A stretch of DNA of 64,000 nt from Acidobacteriota bacterium (GCA_963666055.2 CAXWPH010000015.1:352001-416000); one strand, 5' to 3'. Positions 29,464 through 40,285 are shown, counted from the stretch's first letter. Program-made: numbers and translations. Notes: generated by a model from the sequence alone, not told the origin.

Positions 29464-31116
29464 GTGAAAAGGCGTGACTTCATCAAGCTCGGCGCAGCTG
29501 TCGGCGCCATCGCAAGCGGTCCAGCTACACCGTCTGCAATCGCAAGACAGCACCCAGCGGCCACGACCGAGAGCTATCGATCGAGGGGCGGTCGCGACCT
29601 GGCCATCGTCAACGCCAAGATCGTCACCATGGAGCCAGGGCAGCCGGAAGCCGAGGCCGCCCTTGTTCGAGGTGGCCGCGTGGTGCTGGTCGGAGACAGC
29701 ACCGAGGTACGCTCGCAGGCCGGTCCCGTAACGGTCTTTGATGCCGCAGGGCGAACGGTCGTACCGGGATTCATCGATGCTCACACCCACCTGGAGGTAG
29801 CCTGCGTCGCCGAGACCTACCAAGCAAAGGTCCACACACCCCCTCTCGGCAGCCTTCGAGAGGTCATCGACGTGTTGCGCTCCAAGACGGCCGAGACACC
29901 AGCAGGCGAATGGGTGATTGCTCGCGGCTCGTTCGCTCTCGAGCGGCGCGTCAGCGAGGGCCGATTGTTCACCCGGCAAGATCTCGACGACGTCACCCAG
30001 GACCACCCCTTGATCGTGTTTTCCGGACGCCACGTAGCCATGCTCAACACCAAAGCGATCCACACGATGGGGCTCTGGGACCCGGACTCGACGCCGCCTC
30101 GTGGAGCGATCGTTCATCGGGACGCCTCCGGCGTACCGACCGGCACCGCGACCGAGCTCTACTATCTGCTGCCCTCGTACTCGATCGAACAGGTCAAGGC
30201 GGCGATCCGCGAGCACGTCGGCCCGATGTTCGTCGCCAACGGTACGACGTCCGTATATACCGTTCCCTACTCGACCAGCGACATCACCGCCGATCTCGAG
30301 CTACAGGCAGCCGGCGAGCTGCCGCTGCGCGTGCGCATGTACTACCACGTACCCCACATGATCTCCCTGCAGGGTCTTCTCGATACCGGTCTGGTCTCCG
30401 GCTTCGGCGACGATATGTTTCGTTTGGGGGGTGTAAAGCTCTTTGTCGACGGGCTCGGCGGCAACGGTCTCGGGGACCCGCTCGAAGACTACAAGTGGAC
30501 CCAGGAGGAGCTCGACGAGTTGGTGTTCCAGGCTCACACGAGCGGCCTCCAGGTGCTGATGCACGTGATCACGCCGGGGGCCGTGCATCGGGCCGCGACC
30601 GCCGTCGAGAAAGCCCTGCGTCGTGATCCCCGACCCCATCGTCATCGGCTCGAGCACGGTGGCAGTGTCGAGACCGTCGAGGAGATGCGTTGGCTGCGCG
30701 ATCTGGGATTGCGTCTGGTCGTCACCCCCAGCCGTGGCCGGCCGGGACGCCGCACACCACGCTACCGAACGCTGGTGCGGGAGGGACTCGAGATCATCGG
30801 CATCACCGATACCACCGGCACCGTGCCGGGCTCCTCCGCACCGCTACCGAAGATCGCCGCGGCGATGGTATCGGTCGAGGAGGGCGGCGGGGCGCCCGCC
30901 GGAGAGACGCTGACCTTCGACGAGGCGCTGCGTCTGTACACGCTGTGGGCGGCACGCGGTGGTCTGGAGGAAGCCGACAAGGGCTCGATCGCCGTCGGCA
31001 AGCTGGGTGACTTTGCGGTGCTCTCCGATGACCCACGCAACCTTGCCGGCGAGGATCTATTCGGGGTCCAGGTGGAGGCGACGATCCTCGGCGGCGAGGT
31101 CGTCTTCGAGCGCTAG
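29464..31116 (+). CDS. Tat-exported amidohydrolase (YtcJ-like)
   Basis: GTG start after AAGGAGG; KRRDFIK; PGFIDAHTH, KLFVDG, RLEH, GSIAVGKLGD. Confidence 0.88.
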   Translation: MKRRDFIKLGAAVGAIASGPATPSAIARQHPAATTESYRSRGGRDLAIVNAKIVTMEPGQPEAEAALVRGGRVVLVGDSTEVRSQAGPVTVFDAAGRTVVPGFIDAHTHLEVACVAETYQAKVHTPPLGSLREVIDVLRSKTAETPAGEWVIARGSFALERRVSEGRLFTRQDLDDVTQDHPLIVFSGRHVAMLNTKAIHTMGLWDPDSTPPRGAIVHRDASGVPTGTATELYYLLPSYSIEQVKAAIREHVGPMFVANGTTSVYTVPYSTSDITADLELQAAGELPLRVRMYYHVPHMISLQGLLDTGLVSGFGDDMFRLGGVKLFVDGLGGNGLGDPLEDYKWTQEELDELVFQAHTSGLQVLMHVITPGAVHRAATAVEKALRRDPRPHRHRLEHGGSVETVEEMRWLRDLGLRLVVTPSRGRPGRRTPRYRTLVREGLEIIGITDTTGTVPGSSAPLPKIAAAMVSVEEGGGAPAGETLTFDEALRLYTLWAARGGLEEADKGSIAVGKLGDFAVLSDDPRNLAGEDLFGVQVEATILGGEVVFER

Positions 31117-31392
31117 CAGACCGTGGTGAAAGTGTGGTGGGTCTGGTTACGGCGAGTTGGGGCCAGATGCAAGGCGGCCTGACACAGGCGATGCCCTAGC
31201 CATCGTCGAGGAAGGCCAACGCCGCATAATGGCCCCAAATCGCCGTAACCCTTCGAGCGACAGGGGGTTGCGCGCGTATCCTGCGTCGTTCCTCGTCAAC
31301 GACGGGGTAACCATCGCCTCCTCCTCTCTCCTTGCCTCCACTTCGCAAGACCCTGTCGCCAGACCCGTCACACTTCCACCACGGCCTGCTAG
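31113..31392. mobile_element. MITE-like element, copy 2 (280 bp)
   Basis: Same TIRs with a few substitutions; left CTAG contains the amidohydrolase stop codon. Confidence 0.88.
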
Positions 31393-31439
31393 CAGGCTGC
31401 TGCCGGTCCGACTTGCAGTGCGGCTCGAGCGGTGTTCCG

Positions 31440-32483
31440 CTAGCGCTCGCCGAAGATGCTCTTGGGCAACATCACGTGCACCCCGAGGCTGTCGTCGACG
31501 ATTTGTGTCATGCGGATATCGGCCGCCATGCTGGCGAGCCGGTTCGCCTCTACCGGCGTCATCGACCACGTCTGCACCAGGAAGTCGATCGCTTCCTGAA
31601 CGGCGATCTGCGTAGCCTTCGTGAGGTCCGGGTCCGACCCCATGGCGATGAAATGGGTCGGGGTCTCGGCGCGCGGCCAGCGCAGATGCAGGTCTTTGCG
31701 GACGATCAGCTGCAGGCGGCCACGCAGCGAGCTCTCCAGCGCCGTGCCCCCGACCTCACCATCACCCTGGGCGGCGTGGCCGTCGCCGACGAACAGCAGC
31801 GCACCCTCGACAAAGACGGGAAGAAAGAGGGTCGTCCCACCCACCAGCTCCTTGTTGTCCATGTTGCCGCCGAAGTTTGCCGGGGGATTGCTGCTCACAC
31901 GGCCAGCCTCCAGCGGCGGTGCCACTCCCATAATGCCGAAGAAAGGTCGCAAGGGAATCTCGATCCCCGATTCCAGCGGCGCGACCATGCGCTCCATATC
32001 GAAACGGATGAGCTGACTGCGAGGCTCCTCACAGTTTTCTGGAAGGAAGGTCCAGGCCTCGTTGCAGGCTTGATAGCCATACGGGGTGGCCAGATCGATG
32101 TCGAGGATGCGTACCTCGAGGGCATCTCCCGGTTGCGCCCCTTCCACCCAGATCGGCCCGGTGACGATGTGACCACCGGGGCCGCGATCGGTGACCGCGG
32201 CGTGGATAGCCCGCAACGACGCTTGGATCTCCGAGGGTGCCGCACCCAGACTCTCGAGATAGTCGGGACCCGCGGTGATCAGGCTGTCGACATCGACGAC
32301 ATCACCCGACTCGACCCGCAAGACCGGCGCCAGCCGCGCATCGAAGTACCCCCATGCAACAGTCTGCGGCGTCGCCTCGAGGCGATGGACGGTTTCCAAG
32401 GCCTGGGTCGGAAGGCCACCAGGGGCGGCACCAACCGTGCTCATAGATACGAGCATTGCCACCAGCGTCACCGTGATCCTCAT
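31440..32483 (-). CDS. Exported acetamidase/formamidase family protein
   Basis: HIVTGPIWVEGAQPGD, GGNMD, GDGHAAQGDGEV. Confidence 0.9.
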   Translation of the reverse strand: MRITVTLVAMLVSMSTVGAAPGGLPTQALETVHRLEATPQTVAWGYFDARLAPVLRVESGDVVDVDSLITAGPDYLESLGAAPSEIQASLRAIHAAVTDRGPGGHIVTGPIWVEGAQPGDALEVRILDIDLATPYGYQACNEAWTFLPENCEEPRSQLIRFDMERMVAPLESGIEIPLRPFFGIMGVAPPLEAGRVSSNPPANFGGNMDNKELVGGTTLFLPVFVEGALLFVGDGHAAQGDGEVGGTALESSLRGRLQLIVRKDLHLRWPRAETPTHFIAMGSDPDLTKATQIAVQEAIDFLVQTWSMTPVEANRLASMAADIRMTQIVDDSLGVHVMLPKSIFGER

Positions 32484-32722
32484 GAGTACCCTCCGCTATT
32501 GGTCCGTCCTCCTGCTCACGCTACAGCGATCGGCGCGCCGGTTCCAGCGACGCGCCTGTTTGGGCCTCATCTGCTCAAAATCCACCTGCTCGGACGTCGT
32601 ATGTATAGGCGTGAGTGCTGCAGCACGTGGAGCAGTGTTGAAGGGTGCGCTCGCCGTGCCGGAACTGAGCCGCTGCCCGCGGAGAGATATTCTGAAGCGG
32701 ATATCCTGGAAGCAGCCTCCGC

Positions 32723-34525
32723 ATGAGGGTGCAAACGGTGGACAATGGCGCTATGACGAGTCTTTCGACGACGCCCAGTTTGGCGCTGGCGTGCATCGTT
32801 TTCGCGGTCCTTGAAGTGAGTGCGCAGACTGCTCAGCGTCGCGCTGCTGGCAGCGACGGCGACGGTCAGGCCATGATCCGCTTGTCCGACGTCAGCCGTG
32901 CCGCCGGGCTTCGATTCGACCACTTCGCCGGCCTCAGCCTCGAGAAGCACCTGCCAGAGATCATGGGCGGCGGCGTCGCCTGGCTGGACTACGATGTCGA
33001 CGGCCACTGGGATCTGTATCTCGTCGACAGCGGAGCGCTGCCGGGTGCAGCCCCCGTACGAACGCCGGCTCCGGGAGCCGGCGCCAACGCCATGTTTCGC
33101 GCTCGCCCGGGCGGTTTCTTCGACCGCGCCGACGGCGCCCGAGTGGCGCACAGCGGGTTCGGAATGGGCGTCACCGCCGGCGACTACGATGGCGACGGAT
33201 TCGTCGATCTGTTCGTTGCCAATTTCGGCCCTAACGTCCTCTATCGCAACAACGGCGACGGCACCTATGGCGACGTGACTGCGATGTTGGGTCTCGGTGA
33301 CGCGCGCTGGGGCAGCAGCGCCGCCTGGGGAGATCTCGACCTCGACGGGTTCCCGGAGCTCTACGTGGCGAACTACCTCCACTACGAGGTCGCCACGGCG
33401 CGCATCTGCGGTGATCTTACCCGCGGGAAGCGCAGCTACTGCCCGCCTGACCTCTACGATGGCGTCAGCGACGTCCTCTACCGAAACATCGGCGGGCGAG
33501 CATTCGAGGACATCACGGTGACGGCCGGGGTCGCGAATGCCGCCGACGGCAAGGGATTGGGCGTGACCATCGCCGACACCGATGGTGATCGGCTACCCGA
33601 CATCTACGTGGCCAATGACGGCACGCGCAACTTCCTCTACGCGAACCGAGGCGCGCTGCGCTTTGAGGATCAGGGGCTGTTCTCGGGTGCCGGCCTGAGC
33701 GTGAACGGGGCTCCGCAATCGGGCATGGGGGTGGATATAGGCGACCTGAACGGCGATGGTCTTCCGGAGATCGGAGTGACGAACTTCGAGGCTCAGCCCA
33801 TCAACATGTACCGTTCGACGACGCCGGGGCTGTTCCTCGACGAGACGTTTCGCTTCGGCACCGGCGATCGGACGTGGAACACGCTCGGGTTCGGGCTCGT
33901 TTTCGTCGACCTGGACGGCGACGGCGACCGGGACGTGGTGATCGCCAACGGGCACGTATCCGATCGCGTCGACAACTTTGCCCAGCCCAACCAGGTTTTC
34001 GCCAACCGCCACGCCGAGCGCTGGCTGGCCGGCTCGACCAAGGCCGAGGGCATGCTCCAAGAGATCTCCACGGAGGCGGGGTCGGCCCTGCAGCACGCCC
34101 GGGTCTCGCGCGCCCTCGCCCACGGGGACTTCGACGGAGATGGCTGGCCGGACCTCATCGTGTCCAACATCGACGGCCCGATCGAGTTGCTGCGAAACAT
34201 CTCCTCGCGAGGAAATCGACGAGTGGTGCTGAGGCTGCGGGGCCGCGACGCCAATCGCGATGCCTTTGGCAGCCGTGTCATTGTTACCACCTACCCGATC
34301 TCGAATCGGCCCTTCAAGCAATTCTTCGAGGTCACCAGTGCGACCTCCTATATCTCGCAGAGCAGCACCGACATTCACGTCGGGCTGGGACGCGCCAGCG
34401 GCGCCGAGTTCGAGGTGGTCTGGCCCGGCGGGACGAGCGAGCCCCTAGGTATCATCGAGGCCGGCCAGCTGGTGCTGGCGCAACAGGGTAAGGGCGTGGT
34501 GGCGACACGCCGGCTAAGCCGATGA
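32723..34525 (+). CDS. CRTAC1-family protein (FG-GAP/VCBS repeats plus ASPIC/UnbV)
   Basis: Repeated DxDGDG..D motifs; NRDAFGSRV..SY.SQ..HVGLG. Confidence 0.9.
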   Translation: MRVQTVDNGAMTSLSTTPSLALACIVFAVLEVSAQTAQRRAAGSDGDGQAMIRLSDVSRAAGLRFDHFAGLSLEKHLPEIMGGGVAWLDYDVDGHWDLYLVDSGALPGAAPVRTPAPGAGANAMFRARPGGFFDRADGARVAHSGFGMGVTAGDYDGDGFVDLFVANFGPNVLYRNNGDGTYGDVTAMLGLGDARWGSSAAWGDLDLDGFPELYVANYLHYEVATARICGDLTRGKRSYCPPDLYDGVSDVLYRNIGGRAFEDITVTAGVANAADGKGLGVTIADTDGDRLPDIYVANDGTRNFLYANRGALRFEDQGLFSGAGLSVNGAPQSGMGVDIGDLNGDGLPEIGVTNFEAQPINMYRSTTPGLFLDETFRFGTGDRTWNTLGFGLVFVDLDGDGDRDVVIANGHVSDRVDNFAQPNQVFANRHAERWLAGSTKAEGMLQEISTEAGSALQHARVSRALAHGDFDGDGWPDLIVSNIDGPIELLRNISSRGNRRVVLRLRGRDANRDAFGSRVIVTTYPISNRPFKQFFEVTSATSYISQSSTDIHVGLGRASGAEFEVVWPGGTSEPLGIIEAGQLVLAQQGKGVVATRRLSR

Positions 34526-36093
34526 TTCCTGCCGTCGGCGCATTGTTGGCAGCGATCTACGCAGCCTCCGTGACGCCCGTGTGCGTGTGCTCGTCGGCAG
34601 CCGAAGATATCCAGGAGGGTCAGATAGCGCAGACTCTCTCGGCTGACGAACGTGCCGCCCGCGAGCGCTTCATCGCCGCACGCCGACTAGCCGAGCAGGG
34701 CAGCGTCGAGGAGGCATTGGAAGCTGCCGCCGAGGGCCTGGTGTTGAATGAGGACAACGCCGACGGGCTCAACCTCGTCGGGCAGCTCTACGAGCAGCTG
34801 GGCCGCGGGGCGGAGGCCGAGGACGCCTACTTGAAAGCGTCCAGGGTCGACCCGGAGTGGCCAATGCCGTACCGCAACCTGGGGAACCTCTACGTGGCGC
34901 GCGGCCAGCTGAACGACGCCGTGCTTGCCTTTCAACGCGCCTGGAAGCTCGACCCGGAGAACGTCGAGCTGGCTGTTGATATCGTCGTGGCACAGATCGG
35001 CTCTGGCGATCTGGCCGGCGCGATCGTCACCGCCGAGATCGCTGTCGAACGGGCCCCCGACGATCCTACGTCGCTCGAAATGCTCGCCCGCACCCTCAGC
35101 GCCAGTGAGCTGGTGGATGACCACTTGCAGCGCGCGCCCGCGGCCTTCCGACGGGCGATCGCGCTCGACCCCGAGCACGCCGACCTGTGGTTGGCTCTGG
35201 GTACCACCTACGACCGGCTGGCGCTGCGCACCCAGGCCGAACAGGCCTATCGACGCGCCATCGACCTCGGTCTCGACAACGCCCAAGTGCGTTATGAGCT
35301 CGGTCAGATTCTGTCGCGTCAGAACCAATTTGCACCGGCGCTGGAGGAGTATCAGCGCGCCATCGACGCGGACGCCGACGGAGATGGCTGGCCGGACCTC
35401 GCCGTGTCCAACAATGCCGGCTTCGCGGCCGCCTACTACGCACGCGGCGAGGCGCTCTTCGAGCTCGGCCGCGCCGAGGAGGCTCTGGCCGACTTCGAGT
35501 ACGCCATGCGGATATCACCCGGCGACCCCGATCCGGTGCTGGCGGCAGTGCAGGTCTACATGGTGCGAGGTGACCTGGCGTCTGCAGAGCGATTGCTGAG
35601 CGAGATCGCCTCGACAGCGACCAGCAAGCGTGCCGAGATCTCCCTCGCGGTGGGCCGGCTTCGCCTGCGGCAAGGGCGCGACGAGGAGGTCATCGAGGTG
35701 CTCACGTCCGTCCTGAGCACCACTCCGCAGCTGATCGAGGCGCGTTATCTCACCGGGCAGGCGCTGCTCCGGCTCGGACGCGTCGACGCGGGCCGTACGG
35801 TGCTTTCCGAGTACCAGCGCCTGCTGACGGAGGGCCACGCTCGCGGTCTCGACCTGCTGCGTAACGAGGTGGTGGGTCGGTGGCAGATCTATGTGCTGCG
35901 CGGGCGCGTGTACATCTACGAAGGGCGGCTCGACCTGGCGCTCGAGCAGATCGAGTCGGCCACGGTGCTGGCGCCCGACAATCCCGATGTCTGGCAAGCG
36001 CTCGCCGAGCTGCATGATCTGCGGAACGAGGCCGAGGCCGCCGCGGCTGCTCGCCGCCGGGCCGAGTCTCTGCGCGGTTCCGGCGCTAGCTGA
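34522..36093 (+). CDS. Exported TPR repeat protein
   Basis: Many TPR repeats; ATGA overlap with the CRTAC1 gene. Confidence 0.85.
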   Translation: MIPAVGALLAAIYAASVTPVCVCSSAAEDIQEGQIAQTLSADERAARERFIAARRLAEQGSVEEALEAAAEGLVLNEDNADGLNLVGQLYEQLGRGAEAEDAYLKASRVDPEWPMPYRNLGNLYVARGQLNDAVLAFQRAWKLDPENVELAVDIVVAQIGSGDLAGAIVTAEIAVERAPDDPTSLEMLARTLSASELVDDHLQRAPAAFRRAIALDPEHADLWLALGTTYDRLALRTQAEQAYRRAIDLGLDNAQVRYELGQILSRQNQFAPALEEYQRAIDADADGDGWPDLAVSNNAGFAAAYYARGEALFELGRAEEALADFEYAMRISPGDPDPVLAAVQVYMVRGDLASAERLLSEIASTATSKRAEISLAVGRLRLRQGRDEEVIEVLTSVLSTTPQLIEARYLTGQALLRLGRVDAGRTVLSEYQRLLTEGHARGLDLLRNEVVGRWQIYVLRGRVYIYEGRLDLALEQIESATVLAPDNPDVWQALAELHDLRNEAEAAAAARRRAESLRGSGAS

Positions 36094-36218
36094 TCCTTGG
36101 CGATCCCCGGACTGCAGTTCGCTCGACAGTTGACCTGCCATCACGCTGCTGCCAACGTAGCCGGGCTCGACGTACGACGTCGACGATCAGAGCAACCGCC
36201 CGCAGCGATTAGGAGCGA

Positions 36219-38321
36219 GTGATGAGGCTCGGACACCACAAGACACTCTTGGTTTACCTGGTGGTCATCTTGGCCGGTCTCGCGGCTGCGAAGGCGTTGA
36301 TGGCGCATGGCAGTGAGGCCCGTCTGGTCAAGCTCATGCCATGGCAAAAGGAGCGGGTTGTCCGGGTGCTGGCGGCGGAGCGCTCCGAGCTCGGGGTGCG
36401 GGGCTCCGATCGACGCATCGAGATGATGACGATCGGCGACCGATCCTGCGTTGCGGGGCCGGTCATCGCCTTGGACGTCGACGATGACTACGCCTTCGAT
36501 ATCGACGAGCCGGTCTATCTGACGCTCACCTATGTCCCGGAGCTCACGGCGCCGTTCACCGTCGGCTGGGACCAGAACGGCGGTGCAGGCGTCGGCGTCT
36601 CGGAGCGCATCGAGCCACAGCTGGGAGGCATGTTCCGCCGCCTGACGCTGACCCTCGATCGCGCCCGTCTGGCCGGCCAGGGTCTCCGACGCACCGACAT
36701 CGCGGTCGGCGGGCAGGGTGGCATCGTGCTCTGCGACGTCGAGATCGTGCGCAGCGACAGCACCGTGACGCCGACGGCGTTTGGCCGCTTGCAGCTAAAG
36801 GTGACGGACGTCGGCTCAGAACGCCCGATCCCGGCACGGGTGGGGGTGTACGACTCGACCGGTCGTGCGCCGCTGCCGTCGGAGCAGGCGCTGTTGGTGC
36901 ATCGATTCACCGACGAGGTCCGTCTCGTCTGGGTCAATGGCAGAACGCTGTGGCCGTCGGACAACCGTCAGGCCTTCTATGTGAACGGCGACTACGAGGC
37001 TCGTTTGCCGGTGGGTACCTACGAGCTGGTGCTTACGCGAGGACCCGAATACCGTGTGGCGCGTCGCAGCTTCGAAGTTCGGGAGGACGACACCAGCAGG
37101 GTAACCGTGGCGTTGGAACGCTACGCAGATCTGCCGGCCCGCGGCTGGTTCTCCGGTGACTCCCACGTTCATATCCAGCGACACAAGGTCGACGACGAGG
37201 CCGTCTGGGGGCAACTGGCAGCCGAGGACGTTCATGTCGCCAACCTGCTGGAGATGGGCAACATCAGCGGTACTCATTTCAAGCAACCCGCCTGGGGCGA
37301 GGAGGGCCGCTTCGGACGCGATAGCTACATGCTGGTCTCCGGCCAGGAAGATCCGCGCACCGTACAGCGCGGCCACACAATCCATCACAATCTCTACCGC
37401 CCCTTCCATCAGGACCCGGACTCCTACTTCCTCTACCATCGCGTCTTCGAGGAGTCGCACCGCCAGGGGGGTATTTCGGGGTACGCGCACCTCGGGCAAC
37501 TGTTCAACGGCCGGCGGGGACTCGCCTTGGATGTCCCCTTCGGGATCGTCGACTTCATCGAGGTGCTGCAGGGCGGGCGTCTGTTCGGCGACATCTGGTA
37601 CAGCTTCTTGAACCTCGGCTTCAAGGTATTGCCGGTCGCGGGCGCCGATTTCCCGTACTTCGGACCGACCTTGCCGGGGGTCGAGCGCACCTACGTCAAG
37701 CTGGATGGCCCGTTCAGCGTCGACGCGTTCTTCGACGCCTTCCTGCGTGGGCGGGTATTCGTCAGCAACGGCCCGTTCTTGGAGTTCACCGTGAACGGCC
37801 ATGAGATCGGCGAGGAGCTACGGGTCGAGCGTGGTACCCGGCTGCAGATCGAGGCCGAAGCCTCGCTCAACCCGGATGTCGACCAGCTCGACCGCTTGGA
37901 GCTGTTGGTTCATGGTGAGGTGGTGACGTCGGTGCCGGCGGGCGGACGAGATCGTGTGCGGCTGCGCACGGAGATCACCGCCGATCGCAGCATGTGGCTC
38001 GCTGTTCGCGCCCTGGGGCAGCGCCAGGAGCGCCGCGACACGATCGTCGCTCACAGCGCCGCCACCGTCGTCATCGTCGATGACGAGCCCTTCTGGAAAC
38101 CGGAGGCCGTCCCCGAGCTGGTGGCGCTGCAACGCGCCCAATTGCAGGAGCTGATGACGGCACGGATCGCGCCGGATGACGATCTGGAGCCCTGGGAGAC
38201 TCGTTACTTATTGCTGCAACAGTGGGAGCGACAACGCTTGCTGCTGGAGGCTAGGGTGGAAGAGGCCGACGCGCGCTACGGCGATCTGCTGGAGCGCGTC
38301 CGGGCATCGTCGCGGCGTTAG
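36219..38321 (+). CDS. CehA/McbA-like PHP-fold metallohydrolase
   Basis: GWFSGDSHVH, YAH, AGADFP, GRVFVSNGP. Confidence 0.8.
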   Translation: MMRLGHHKTLLVYLVVILAGLAAAKALMAHGSEARLVKLMPWQKERVVRVLAAERSELGVRGSDRRIEMMTIGDRSCVAGPVIALDVDDDYAFDIDEPVYLTLTYVPELTAPFTVGWDQNGGAGVGVSERIEPQLGGMFRRLTLTLDRARLAGQGLRRTDIAVGGQGGIVLCDVEIVRSDSTVTPTAFGRLQLKVTDVGSERPIPARVGVYDSTGRAPLPSEQALLVHRFTDEVRLVWVNGRTLWPSDNRQAFYVNGDYEARLPVGTYELVLTRGPEYRVARRSFEVREDDTSRVTVALERYADLPARGWFSGDSHVHIQRHKVDDEAVWGQLAAEDVHVANLLEMGNISGTHFKQPAWGEEGRFGRDSYMLVSGQEDPRTVQRGHTIHHNLYRPFHQDPDSYFLYHRVFEESHRQGGISGYAHLGQLFNGRRGLALDVPFGIVDFIEVLQGGRLFGDIWYSFLNLGFKVLPVAGADFPYFGPTLPGVERTYVKLDGPFSVDAFFDAFLRGRVFVSNGPFLEFTVNGHEIGEELRVERGTRLQIEAEASLNPDVDQLDRLELLVHGEVVTSVPAGGRDRVRLRTEITADRSMWLAVRALGQRQERRDTIVAHSAATVVIVDDEPFWKPEAVPELVALQRAQLQELMTARIAPDDDLEPWETRYLLLQQWERQRLLLEARVEEADARYGDLLERVRASSRR

Positions 38322-38357
38322 CAGGCCGTGGTGGAAGCGTGGCGCGCCTGGCGACAG
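38319..38357. repeat. Degenerate solo right end of the MITE-like element (reverse orientation)
   Basis: 34/39 match to reverse complement of element right end; begins at the gene's TAG stop. Confidence 0.75.
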
Positions 38358-38398
38358 CTGGTCAGAGCGCGAGGATCAACCATGAAGGAGGATCGCCC

Positions 38399-40132
38399 AT
38401 GAATCGCGGCCCCATGAATCGGACCTCGGACCTTATTTTCCGCCTCACCGTCATCCTGGGAGCTGCCGTCTCGCTGACCGTCGCCGGATCCCTGATAGGC
38501 TCCGCATCGCCCGCTTCTCAGGGAGCCCAGCGTCTCGACGTGCTGATCAAGGGGGGACGTGTCTTTGACGGCAGCGGCAACCCGTGGATCCGCGCCGACG
38601 TGGGCGTGCGCGACGGCAGGATCACCGCGATCGGCGACCTCTCCGACGCCGACGCGGCGCGTGTCATCGACGCCGCCGGTATGGCGGTGGCCCCCGGCTT
38701 CATCGACATCCACAGCCATTCGGACGGCACTCTGCCTGTCGATGGCACGGGGCAAAGCAAGGTTCGCCAGGGGGTAACGTTGGATGTCGGCGGCGAGCGA
38801 TCGTCGGTAGCGCCACTTGCCGGCGAAGTACTGGAGGAACGCCGGCGCAGCGCCCGAAGCCAGGGCTACGATCTCGACTGGACCGATCTCGGCGGTTACT
38901 TCGAGCACCTGCTGCGTAAGGGCATCTCGCTCAACGTCGCCATCAAGGTGGCACCTCAGCAGATCAAGCGCATCGTCGTCGGTGGGAGCGTCGAGCAGGC
39001 TGCCAGCCCCGAACAGCTGGAGCGCATGAAGCAGCTGATCATCGAGGCGATGCACGACGGCGCCATCGGCATCGCCAGCTGGTTCCGCGGTGGCGGCTAT
39101 CGCTTCGCCGAAGAAATGATCCCGATGGCGCAGGCGGCGGTAGACCATGGCGCCGTGGTCTATGAAACGCATGTCGGAAGCGAGGGCTACCAGCTCGAGG
39201 AAGAGCTGCAGAAAGCGATCGACATCGTCGAGCAGACGGGCTTGCCGGTGAGCATTGCCCACTTCAAGATTCGCGGCCGCGCCATCTGGGATCGCCTGGA
39301 GCCTGCCATCCGCATGATCGAGGATGCGCGAGAGCGCGGCCTCGACATCACCGCCAACCAGTACCCCTACACGGCGATGACGCAGGGGTGGTCCAACTTC
39401 TTCCCGACCTGGGCGCGAGAGACGGAGGAGCTCGAGGAGCTCCTCGGGAGCACCGCCAACCGCGACCGTATCCGCAACGATCCTGAATGGATCCAGTACT
39501 TCGAGGAGCACGGCGGTATCGAGGGCGTCGTCCTGTGCTGTCTTCGAAACGACAGCCCGGTCAAGCAATACGACGGCATGAGCGTGGCGCAGATCGCCGC
39601 GCAGCGTGGTGACCCGGACCCGATCAACGCCCTCTTCGAGGTGGTCATGGAGAACGGTCGCTTCCCGGGCGGCATCCACCACAACCAATCGGAGGAGAAC
39701 GTTCGTCGCATCATGGCGCTTCCGTGGGTGGCGATCGCTTCCGACGGGTGGGCGGTGCGTCCCGACGGCGTTCTGGGTGAAGGGGTCGTGCACCCTCGCC
39801 TCTACGGCACCTTCCCGCGGGTGTTGGGACGCTACGTGCGCGACCAACCGCTGCTGACCTTGGCAGACGCGATCCGCAAGATGACCTCACTGCCGGCTCA
39901 GGTTCTGCGGCTCGAGGATAGGGGCCGATTGCTGCCAGGCTATTGGGCCGACGTCGTCGTCTTCGACCCGGGAACGGTCATCGACGTGGCGACCTACGAG
40001 GAGCCGCACCAGTACTCGATCGGCATCGACTATGTGCTGGTCAACGGGGTCGTTGTCATCGACGACGGAGAGCACACCGGTGCACGGCCCGGACGACCGG
40101 TTTATGGGCCCGGAAGACAAGCCACGCATTGA
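38399..40132 (+). CDS. Exported N-acyl-D-amino-acid deacylase
   Basis: PGFIDIHSHSD, YPY, ASDG, HPRLYGTFPRVLG. Confidence 0.9.
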   Translation: MNRGPMNRTSDLIFRLTVILGAAVSLTVAGSLIGSASPASQGAQRLDVLIKGGRVFDGSGNPWIRADVGVRDGRITAIGDLSDADAARVIDAAGMAVAPGFIDIHSHSDGTLPVDGTGQSKVRQGVTLDVGGERSSVAPLAGEVLEERRRSARSQGYDLDWTDLGGYFEHLLRKGISLNVAIKVAPQQIKRIVVGGSVEQAASPEQLERMKQLIIEAMHDGAIGIASWFRGGGYRFAEEMIPMAQAAVDHGAVVYETHVGSEGYQLEEELQKAIDIVEQTGLPVSIAHFKIRGRAIWDRLEPAIRMIEDARERGLDITANQYPYTAMTQGWSNFFPTWARETEELEELLGSTANRDRIRNDPEWIQYFEEHGGIEGVVLCCLRNDSPVKQYDGMSVAQIAAQRGDPDPINALFEVVMENGRFPGGIHHNQSEENVRRIMALPWVAIASDGWAVRPDGVLGEGVVHPRLYGTFPRVLGRYVRDQPLLTLADAIRKMTSLPAQVLRLEDRGRLLPGYWADVVVFDPGTVIDVATYEEPHQYSIGIDYVLVNGVVVIDDGEHTGARPGRPVYGPGRQATH

Positions 40133-40232
40133 ACGATCTGAACGATCGCCGTGGAGCTGGCGACGACATGTTTCGTTGCCTCGGGCAAGATCTGCCCGAT
40201 CCGTCGTCAACTCGACGATCCCGTGGCAGAAT

Positions 40233-40248
40233 CGGTATTGTGCTTGCA
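40233..40248 (+). promoter_or_regulatory. Possible sigma-54 promoter
   Basis: CGGTATTGTGCTTGCA = GG-N10-GC with TTGCA, about 40 bp upstream of the Rieske gene. Confidence 0.4.
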
Positions 40249-40285
40249 TGCAGGAATCTGGACATCTTGGCTGCGGGAGAAGGGT

